Assembly (NCBI GenBank): GCA_031256725.1
Contig: JAIRQE010000021.1
Coordinates: forward strand, 30,001 to 62,000
Direction: 5' to 3'
Length of the DNA: 32,000 bases
Source of the DNA: Propionibacteriaceae bacterium
Lineage (GTDB): Bacteria; Actinomycetota; Actinomycetes; Propionibacteriales; Propionibacteriaceae
The position numbers and the translations under genes were made by a program. Within the stretch, counting starts at the first letter, position 1, and every line of letters begins with the position of its first letter. Under the pieces are notes generated by a model, which did not search any database, was not told where the DNA came from, and saw only the letters and a program-made list of their open reading frames with translations. Below, piece after piece: positions 7,329-14,690 of this stretch.

Positions 7329-8438
7329 TTAACCCCTTTTTCTCTTGAGCATCTTCATTGGTACGCTCACCACAAGGCGACCAACAAAGCTCATAAAAGT
7401 GGTGAGGTTCATCTTGGATAGGAGACTACGAAGAATCCGATAGTAGACTCCGCGTGCCTCATGATGGATCCTGTGAACCTGGGAGAGCAAGCAAGCCAGA
7501 GGATAGGAGTATAAAGCAGGCACCCTGTTGAATTGATCATCATCGAAATGGGTCAGCCAGGTTCCCAAAGAGTTCAGGGCTGTGATCTGAATTCTTGGGT
7601 CCCCAGTTTTCAAAGCGCTCTTGGCTCGCGGCCATACATCGGCGTAAAGCACCCTCGTAAGATAGGCATCCATGAGATCAGGATCCTCAAGAACCTGGGC
7701 GGACAGACGTACCATCTCATAGAGATCCTCAAGAGCCTGGATGGGATTCGTCATAGCAGTCTGTGTGAGGGATTGCGCGCCCTGATTTCGTACCCGATAG
7801 TGGTAGACCACTGCATCCACAGTTACGATAGTTGCCGAGTGAGCTAGAGCAAAGAGTACAAGAGGCTGATCCTCACCCAGGCGAATAGTCTCCGGGAAGA
7901 AGACTCCATCAAGGAGGGAACGGCGGAAGAGCTTGGCGCAGGGGCCAAGGGCATGGATGAGTTCAGGATGGGTTGCGAGGGTTTTGATCCCAGGAGTCGA
8001 AACTTTGTGGCGTGCATAGCTGGGCAGTGGCCAACTGCGATCCCTATCGAAACGCCGAGTATCACCTGTGACCATGTCAGCGCCATGGTCGTGAGCAGCT
8101 TTGTACATCACCTCCAAGGCTGAGGGGTCGAGGCGGTCATCCCCATCAACAAAGCAGATGTACTCACCCTGAGCCAGCTTCAATCCATGGTTACGTGCGG
8201 CAGACGGACCCCGATTTTCCTGGGTGACAAGCCGAAATCGAGGATCCTGGTCGATGGTGGTTTCCACGATCGGCACTGTGTTATCCGTGGAGCCATCGTC
8301 AATCAGGAGGTACTCAACCCCCTCCAGTTTCTGGGCTTTGAGGGAGTCCAGGGTCTCAGCTATGTACAGGGAAAGGTTGTACATAGGTACGATTACGCTC
8401 ACTGAAGGGGCGATGCGAGGATTCACCATATCGCTCAT
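7329..8438 (-). CDS. Glycosyltransferase family 2, paralogue 3 of 3
   Basis: VSVIVPMYNLSLYI...LLIDDGSTDNT, VDGDD and GPCAKLFRRSLLDGVFFPETIRLGEDQPLVL. Basic C-terminal tail. Confidence 0.85.
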   Translation of the reverse strand: MSDMVNPRIAPSVSVIVPMYNLSLYIAETLDSLKAQKLEGVEYLLIDDGSTDNTVPIVETTIDQDPRFRLVTQENRGPSAARNHGLKLAQGEYICFVDGDDRLDPSALEVMYKAAHDHGADMVTGDTRRFDRDRSWPLPSYARHKVSTPGIKTLATHPELIHALGPCAKLFRRSLLDGVFFPETIRLGEDQPLVLFALAHSATIVTVDAVVYHYRVRNQGAQSLTQTAMTNPIQALEDLYEMVRLSAQVLEDPDLMDAYLTRVLYADVWPRAKSALKTGDPRIQITALNSLGTWLTHFDDDQFNRVPALYSYPLACLLSQVHRIHHEARGVYYRILRSLLSKMNLTTFMSFVGRLVVSVPMKMLKRKRG

Positions 8439-8456
8439 TCGTAGTTTATGTACGAC

Positions 8457-9662
8457 TCAGGGTAAGGGCAGCTCCAAGGGAGCGTCGGGGCGCAGGTGTG
8501 GATGCCACTGTGACAGGAATTCCAAAACCGCGTAGAGCTCCTTCCAATCCTTGGCACTGTAGTGCTGAATTCCGGCTTCCTCCCATACATCAAGTGCATG
8601 GTCGCGGATGAAGTGTGGAACATAGGGAAGGAACTGAGGGTTCAGTTTCTCCATGAAATCCAGGGAAACACTGTCAGCCATAGCCACGTAAGATTCAGGG
8701 ATTCCTCTGTTGAGAATCTGAGCAGCCTCCATCCCAACATATTTCACGAAGTAGAGGGAGAATAGGTCGATGAGATGAGTCTCCCCGAAGTTGAATGGCG
8801 TAATGGGGGGCGTGAGTCCATCCATAGTGAAGTCGATGCCCTTGTATTTCATGTCGAAGACCTTCAAGAACAACTGCTTCTGATAGAGCTTGGAGTCACC
8901 GACATTAGCAAGGGACTTCAGTGACTTCTCGAGCAGTTCTGGGTAGGTACGATAGGTCAACAATGCCATGGTCGTACCCAGCATTCCGAAACTCAGCATG
9001 TTCAAATTCCTAATCCCCGCATAGATAAACGGCGTTGGATAACAGAAATTGCGCTGGGAAAAAAACCAATTCTTTTGGCTCCACAGATCCTCAAGCGGAG
9101 TTCCAAATGCGTGGTAGTCAGTTCCTAACAACTCTTTGTAGAGCAATGAGGCGATGCCCATGAAAACCCCAGTGTTGGCGTTGAGCTTCAGGTCTACCAG
9201 ATTCGTAGTAACAATATAGGGTGAGAATTCTTCAAAGAAAACGCGCTCTCGAGCAAAGAGTCCGCCATAGTCAAGAGAAACTAAAGAGATGTCGTCTGGT
9301 AGAAGGGCTTTCACTGACAGAGAGTCAAGTCCACCAGAGAAGTTAAGTGTCACCTTATTTGGTGTGGTGGGAAAGGTTGGTGCTGTTGAAGTTATTGACT
9401 TTACGGAAGGCCGAATCCCTGTAAAGGAGTGAATCTTGGACAGTGTATGTTCACTGACAGGCAGGTCGATATGCACGTCGTCATAAGCCTTGCCAAAGAG
9501 GGTAGATAGAGCCAATGCAATGATGTCATCATGAGGCCGGTGAGCGTGGCTGAGTTTGAAGTACAACGGTGACTCCGTTTTGCGAAGTTTCCCACGCTTC
9601 ACGAAAACGCAGGAAATCTCATTTTCTGTGATAGTGAAATCATTAAATCTAACTCGTGTCAT
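8457..9662 (-). CDS. Uncharacterised PP-loop (SGGxDS) ATP-pyrophosphatase-superfamily protein with a QueC/ExsB-like core
   Basis: KVTLNFSGGLDSLSVKALL is a beta-strand, SGGLDS, helix arrangement. About 15 residues later comes VSLDYGG, which parallels QueC SGGQDS...FDYGQ. Then NTGVFMGIASLLY...GTPLED parallels QueC NTFVPGRN...ETD. The ~95-aa N-terminal and ~170-aa C-terminal regions match nothing I recognise. Confidence 0.55.
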   Translation of the reverse strand: MTRVRFNDFTITENEISCVFVKRGKLRKTESPLYFKLSHAHRPHDDIIALALSTLFGKAYDDVHIDLPVSEHTLSKIHSFTGIRPSVKSITSTAPTFPTTPNKVTLNFSGGLDSLSVKALLPDDISLVSLDYGGLFARERVFFEEFSPYIVTTNLVDLKLNANTGVFMGIASLLYKELLGTDYHAFGTPLEDLWSQKNWFFSQRNFCYPTPFIYAGIRNLNMLSFGMLGTTMALLTYRTYPELLEKSLKSLANVGDSKLYQKQLFLKVFDMKYKGIDFTMDGLTPPITPFNFGETHLIDLFSLYFVKYVGMEAAQILNRGIPESYVAMADSVSLDFMEKLNPQFLPYVPHFIRDHALDVWEEAGIQHYSAKDWKELYAVLEFLSQWHPHLRPDAPLELPLP

Positions 9663-9746
9663 ATCATTCCTCTTTCGACGGGATACTAATGGGAATCATA
9701 GTACATAATCAAGAAAAAACTAGAAAACAGGCGGAGTTTCGCCATG

Positions 9747-11849
9747 TCAAACGGTGGTTGGAGGTACTAGCGACAGAATAAACTGCAACCCACATGATAT
9801 ATGAGCAGCATCACCAGCATGTGAGGTCAAGTCTAGAGGACGCTGACTCAATGGTGATCCAGGCTCAATAATGCCCCAAATCTTAACCCCCAAACTGGAA
9901 TAGTCAGCATACTTTGATGGAAGGTAGGGGTTCGTGCCATGGATATCGCTGACTTGAGCATCCGGCACAATTAACCAGTCCATGGATCGAGCGATAGACA
10001 CGAACTTTACATAGTTGACATAGCGATTGACCTCCACGCAGGACTGCAATCCATAGTGATGGACATTGGAACGAACACTGGACAATTGGCGAGATGGGAC
10101 ATACAAATGCACCATAACCCTGATGCGTACATCATCAGGTAACTCGCGAAGACTGGTCAACACATCGTCAACGCCACGCTTGGGGTAGACCCACCCGAAG
10201 TACCCAAGATGAATGCGCCCATCCTGGTTGCGAGGAACTGGTGGTGCAGCCTCAAGGATGTGATCTGGTACCCCAGGATGAGGGATCACCACGCAGTGTT
10301 CCCGCGCTCGCTGACGTAAAGCCATGTCAGGTACCAATGACAACATCAAATCACGTTGATTTTCATTAGTGAAAATGATCTGATCAGCAAGGGCATAGGT
10401 GATCCACTCGATCCACTCGTGGATTGTGCGAGCCGCTGATAGATCGAAACCAGCGAGGCGAACCTGATCGTCAATCTCGTGGCGTTCCAGAAAATCCCCC
10501 AAGGGACCATCTTTGAGTGTTCCATTGATATTGATCGACACCGGATCAGAGAACTCCGCAATCCATCTAATCTCGGGACGGCGTACCTTGATCAGCGCAG
10601 CGAGACCATGTGAGAAGGGCCAATGCACCCGAGAATAGAGTTTCTTGTAAGGACGTGTACGATCCTTCTCCAGCCCAGCCCATTGTCGAGCACCCTCACT
10701 ACAGAATCTGGCTAACCCTTCCCAGGTAGATGAACGTGGAGCCCCATCAATGCGGACAAACTTCCCACGAAGATGGGAGTCGATCCGATGTGTCGAGGTG
10801 TCAATATCGCGAATTCCTGTCATTGAATGGGTGATGATGTCGAAGGGTTCATCCCAGTTGGCTAGGCGTTTTGCGGCAGTGATGGCAGATGCATCGTTGT
10901 AGGGAGTATAGGTGTAGCATGCCGCAAGTGTTGGGGCAGCCCTGTGATTGAAAATCTCTGTTTGCGCAGGGGTCTGGAATTTGAGAATACGCCCACGTAG
11001 TTCCTCGAAGCGATCAGGATGGTCATAGGCAGCATCCCCCAACAAGCCAATTTGGCCACGGATAGAGCGGTGAACCAAGGATCGCAGACGCCATGGCACC
11101 TTCTTCAGTCCCAGAAGGATGTCGATGACACGGAAACGACCAGTGATGAAGTTCTCATCGATTCGTCGAGAGAGTGACCCTGTTCGTACTAGTCGATAGT
11201 AGAAAGCCTTCTCACTAATGCGGGGGATGTAGACCTTCAAGCGATTGCGAGTGACCACTTGAAGCCAGAAGACCACATCCAAGCCGGAATCAATCGTCTC
11301 GTCGTAGCCCACCTCGCGGGCCAACAGTGTCGACACTGCCTTACCAGAATTCGCTGACTCCACCCAGACCTTGCGTGCTGAGATTAGCTTGCCCGCAAAG
11401 GGTGTCATGCGTCGACACAGATAGTTATTGAATCTCCGACTTGGTTCGCTGGGGTTCTCGGCCACATCACAGATATAGGTCATGACAACCCTCTTTGGTG
11501 CGCAATGGGTCAACAGAGTCTCCAGATAGCTAGGCGACACCCAGTCATCGTCGTCGATGTTGGTGAAATACTCTTTCGTGGCTGCCGCCAATCCTATGTT
11601 TGTACTGAGAGAAATCCCTGGTTTCTCGCTGTGAAGCACCCGAATAATGAGATCGGGGTGTTGTTCTTGGAAGGAGGCGATCAGAGCAGTGGTACCGTCG
11701 TCCCCACCGTTAACACAACACAGGATTTCGAATAGGGAGCGATCGAGGGTTTGGGCAGCCAGGCTAGTAAGAGCCTTCGAGATACGGTTCACGCCCTTGA
11801 ATGTGGGCATGACAACGGTGATTCCTCGCTCCAACTGTTCGCTACCCAT
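9747..11849 (-). CDS. Two-domain glycosyltransferase: N-terminal GT2 (GT-A) fused to a C-terminal GT-B/GT4-like domain (700 aa), copy 1
   Basis: N-terminal domain: ITVVMPTFKG...LCCVNGGDDGT and NIDDDDW (DxD). C-terminal domain: HLGYFGWVYPKRG and NPYLPSKYADYSSLGVKIWG, which resemble the GT4 (WbuB-like) PSK-x-x-E/D-Y-x-x-x-G motif. About 55-60% identical by eye to 12277-14355. Confidence 0.75.
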   Translation of the reverse strand: MGSEQLERGITVVMPTFKGVNRISKALTSLAAQTLDRSLFEILCCVNGGDDGTTALIASFQEQHPDLIIRVLHSEKPGISLSTNIGLAAATKEYFTNIDDDDWVSPSYLETLLTHCAPKRVVMTYICDVAENPSEPSRRFNNYLCRRMTPFAGKLISARKVWVESANSGKAVSTLLAREVGYDETIDSGLDVVFWLQVVTRNRLKVYIPRISEKAFYYRLVRTGSLSRRIDENFITGRFRVIDILLGLKKVPWRLRSLVHRSIRGQIGLLGDAAYDHPDRFEELRGRILKFQTPAQTEIFNHRAAPTLAACYTYTPYNDASAITAAKRLANWDEPFDIITHSMTGIRDIDTSTHRIDSHLRGKFVRIDGAPRSSTWEGLARFCSEGARQWAGLEKDRTRPYKKLYSRVHWPFSHGLAALIKVRRPEIRWIAEFSDPVSININGTLKDGPLGDFLERHEIDDQVRLAGFDLSAARTIHEWIEWITYALADQIIFTNENQRDLMLSLVPDMALRQRAREHCVVIPHPGVPDHILEAAPPVPRNQDGRIHLGYFGWVYPKRGVDDVLTSLRELPDDVRIRVMVHLYVPSRQLSSVRSNVHHYGLQSCVEVNRYVNYVKFVSIARSMDWLIVPDAQVSDIHGTNPYLPSKYADYSSLGVKIWGIIEPGSPLSQRPLDLTSHAGDAAHISCGLQFILSLVPPTTV

Positions 11850-11854
11850 AGTGC

Positions 11855-12193
11855 TTATCTCTTGGTACTGAGCGACTGTACCTGGAGGTTCAGGTCGGCA
11901 ACTTCTAGTGTTAAATTGCTGATTGTTTCCACTAGTATGCCCGTGTCGGCGGTGATCCCTGCTTTACGCTTTTCATCCCAGGCATGCTTCTCCACGATCC
12001 ACCAGATGCGTACTGTGAAAAGCCCAGCAAGACCAGCCAGAAATGCGAGCCAGAGGTTGGATGTTGCCAGATAGGCCAAGACCCCAGCTGCGAGCATTCC
12101 TAGCCCGACTATACCGAGAGGTACCAGAGTACTACCAGTGGGATTCTTGAGTAGTTTTCGGATCAGATTCTTGCCATTGCTCACCACTGACAT
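11855..12193 (-). CDS. Small membrane protein: 2 TM helices plus a cytoplasmic heptad-like C-terminal tail (112 aa), copy 1
   Basis: TM hairpin LVPLGIVGLGMLAAGVLAYLA / LWLAFLAGLAGLFTVRIWWIV, then EKHAWDEKRK and ...ISNLTLEVADLNLQVQSLSTKR. AGGAGG lies 6 nt before the ATG. The stop is 5 nt before the GT fusion start. Paralogue at 14362-14685. Confidence 0.7.
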   Translation of the reverse strand: MSVVSNGKNLIRKLLKNPTGSTLVPLGIVGLGMLAAGVLAYLATSNLWLAFLAGLAGLFTVRIWWIVEKHAWDEKRKAGITADTGILVETISNLTLEVADLNLQVQSLSTKR

Positions 12194-12244
12194 CTGCCAC
12201 CTCCTGAGTTGTCGGTGTCACAGGCGAGTTCACCGATTCGCTGA

Positions 12245-12253
12245 ATTCTAGCA
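12245..12253 (-). promoter_or_regulatory. Candidate extended -10 element (TGCTAGAAT) upstream of module copy 1
   Basis: The minus strand reads TGCTAGAAT (TGn + TAnnnT) about 50 nt upstream of the ATG at 12193, inside the 83-bp spacer between the two modules. No convincing -35. Confidence 0.25.
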
Positions 12254-12276
12254 GTTGGGGTGGGGGTTCCCGGGTC

Positions 12277-14355
12277 TCATTCGGCGATGATCTGCCGTAG
12301 GGCGGCCAGGGCTTCAGTACAGTCGCCAGCTTCAGTACTCAAATCGAGATGACTGTGACTCAATGGGCTTCCTGGTTCTATAAGACCCCAGATTTTGATC
12401 CCTAATGAGCTATAGTCAGCGTATTTGGAAGGTAGATAAGGGTTACTACCCAGATCGGCTGTGACTAGGGAGTCTGCAACCAGAAGCCAGTCCATTGTCC
12501 TCGCGATGCGAACAAATTCCATGTAGTTAACGTACTGGTGAACCTTGACACTGGTATCAAGGTGTTGATGGTGGATTAGGTGGCGTACCTCATTGAGTTG
12601 GTGGTGGGGAATGAACATGTGAACGCAGACCTTTCTACGCTCAGATTTGGGCATCGCTGTCAAAGCATCAAGAATCTCACCGACCCCACGTTTGGCATAG
12701 AACCATCCAAAATACCCAATGTGCTTGCGGCCATCATTGATTGCAGGTAGATCTTCCACAGCATCTAGGATCTGCTGTGGTACCCCAGGATGAGGGATGG
12801 CCACAGAGATCTTTCGAACACGATCAGCCAATTCCGAATGTGGAATGCGTGAGATCATATACGACATCTGATTATCGTTGGTGAAGATAATCTGATCAGC
12901 CAAGGCATAAGCCACCCATTCCAGCCATTCGTTGGCCGTACGCGCGCCTGCGAGGTCGAAGCCCTGCTTGGCCACGCGTTTTTCGATCTTCTTCCGCTCG
13001 GGGAAATCACCAAGTACTCCGGGACGCAACTCTCCCTTGATGTCGACTGATAGGGGATCGGAGAACTCTGCGATCCAATAGATGCTGGGTTGCTTGACTT
13101 TGATAAAGGCTGCTAACGCGTGAGAGAAAGGCCATTGAACCCTGCTGTAGAGTTTCTTGTACGGTGGGCGGTCGCTTTGCAGGTTCTTCCATGCGGCAGC
13201 ACCCTCATGACAGAAGTGTGCCATTCCTGCAGCACTATTGGTGGAGGGAGTTCCCTCAACAGTGATGCATTGCCCACGAAGGTGTGCATCAATGAGATTT
13301 GTTGATCGATCAAATTGACGAAGTTTGCCAAAAGAATGCGTAATGATATCGAATGGCTCCCCCATCTCAGCGAGGCGCTTTGCTGCTGTGATCGCAGAGG
13401 CATCGTTGTAAGGAGTGTAGACATAGCATATAGCAAGGGTTGTTGCTGCTTTGTGGTTAAAGATTGCAGTACGTTCAGGGATTGCGATCTGTTGCACGTG
13501 GTCAGCCAGTTCCTGGTACCTGTCGGGCCACTCAAACCCCACCGCACCAAGGTGGCCAATCTGACCGCCAATAGAATTGGATATCAATGTAGAGTACCGA
13601 GGATAGAGTTTTTCGAGACGCTGAAGTCTCTCAATGACGACAAAGCGATTAGTGAGAAACTCTTCATCAATCGAACGTGACATTGATTCTGGGCGAACAT
13701 GACGGTAGTAAATTGCGTGGTCAATAATAGAAAGAACATGGACACGTAAGGAGTTACGAGTCACCAGTTCTGTCCAGAAGACCACATCAAGACCTGAAGT
13801 GATCTCCACGTCATAGAGGACCTCTAGAGCCAGGCGAGTCGAAGCAGCTTTAGCACCATCAGCCGAACCCACGGGGACATCATTGGCGGTCACAGTCTGC
13901 CCTGCGAAAGGAAAGGTTGCGATATTGAGGTAGTTATCAAACCTGCCTGTGGGCTGGTCGACCTCCTCTGGAATATTGCATACATAGGTCATTACCACGG
14001 TATTTTCGCGGCAATGGGCCAGCAGTGATTCGAGGTAGCGGGGCGAGATCCAGTCGTCGTCGTCCACATTGGTGAAGTAGGAAAATTGTGCCTGGTGGAA
14101 TCCAAGATTTCGGGCTCGCCCAAGGCCTGGAACCTCGCTATGAAGGATGCGTATCCCCAGATTTGGATGGCGATCCATAAAGGCAGTGATCAGAGCTTCA
14201 GTGCCATCTTCTGGCCCATTGAGGCAGCACAACACCTCAAACTGGGATCTATCGAGGGTTTGTGTCGTCAGACACTCGAGTAGTCGCCCGATTCTGTCAG
14301 CACCCATATAGGTGGCTACGATAACGCTGATCCCCCAGCGCAGATCCTTCGACAC
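12277..14355 (-). CDS. Two-domain glycosyltransferase: GT2 (GT-A) fused to a GT-B/GT4-like domain (692 aa), copy 2
   Basis: ISVIVATYMG...LCCLNGPEDGT, NVDDDDW, HIGYFGWFYAKRG and NPYLPSKYADYSSLGIKIWG. Collinear with 9747-11849 over its full length. Confidence 0.75.
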   Translation of the reverse strand: MSKDLRWGISVIVATYMGADRIGRLLECLTTQTLDRSQFEVLCCLNGPEDGTEALITAFMDRHPNLGIRILHSEVPGLGRARNLGFHQAQFSYFTNVDDDDWISPRYLESLLAHCRENTVVMTYVCNIPEEVDQPTGRFDNYLNIATFPFAGQTVTANDVPVGSADGAKAASTRLALEVLYDVEITSGLDVVFWTELVTRNSLRVHVLSIIDHAIYYRHVRPESMSRSIDEEFLTNRFVVIERLQRLEKLYPRYSTLISNSIGGQIGHLGAVGFEWPDRYQELADHVQQIAIPERTAIFNHKAATTLAICYVYTPYNDASAITAAKRLAEMGEPFDIITHSFGKLRQFDRSTNLIDAHLRGQCITVEGTPSTNSAAGMAHFCHEGAAAWKNLQSDRPPYKKLYSRVQWPFSHALAAFIKVKQPSIYWIAEFSDPLSVDIKGELRPGVLGDFPERKKIEKRVAKQGFDLAGARTANEWLEWVAYALADQIIFTNDNQMSYMISRIPHSELADRVRKISVAIPHPGVPQQILDAVEDLPAINDGRKHIGYFGWFYAKRGVGEILDALTAMPKSERRKVCVHMFIPHHQLNEVRHLIHHQHLDTSVKVHQYVNYMEFVRIARTMDWLLVADSLVTADLGSNPYLPSKYADYSSLGIKIWGLIEPGSPLSHSHLDLSTEAGDCTEALAALRQIIAE

Positions 14356-14361
14356 GATAAC

Positions 14362-14685
14362 CTAAGTGGTCTTGTTCGACAGCGCCTGTACCTGGATGTT
14401 CAGGTCTGCAATTTCGAGTGAGAGAACGTTGATTGTTGATACGAGCTGTCCTGCGGAATTCACGATGTTTCCTATCCTCTTCTCGGCTCTGTAGCGACGC
14501 TCAGTAATCCACCAGATTCTCATGAGAATCACAGTGACTATTACTCCTAAGATAGTCAGGAATATGTTGGACGTACCAAGGAAAACGAGTACTCCAGCCA
14601 TGACAACCGTGCTCGCAACAATGGCGATCCACATCTTCGGTGATCGACGCAGCTTCGCCAGGGCATCAAATCCAGGTGCGGACAA
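14362..14685 (-). CDS. Small membrane protein: 2 TM helices plus a heptad-like C-terminal tail, copy 2
   Basis: Shares with copy 1 the N-terminal basic segment (LAKLRRSP vs LIRKLLKNP), GTSN between the TMs, RIWWI(T/V)E after TM2, and L(S/T)LE(I/V)ADLN(I/L)QVQ(A/S)LS. I prefer the TTG start at complement 14683-14685, because GGAGG lies 8 nt upstream within the last codons of wecC. The track start (14700) would overlap wecC. Confidence 0.65.
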   Translation of the reverse strand: MSAPGFDALAKLRRSPKMWIAIVASTVVMAGVLVFLGTSNIFLTILGVIVTVILMRIWWITERRYRAEKRIGNIVNSAGQLVSTINVLSLEIADLNIQVQALSNKTT

Positions 14686-14690
14686 TTGTG

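Noticed and set aside
9712-9743. Possible rho-independent terminator after the GT fusion gene (GGCG-AAACTC-CGCC followed by a T-rich run on the minus strand)
   Set aside because: The stem is only 4 bp, too weak to call as a feature. It is mentioned only as context for the PP-loop gene spacer.
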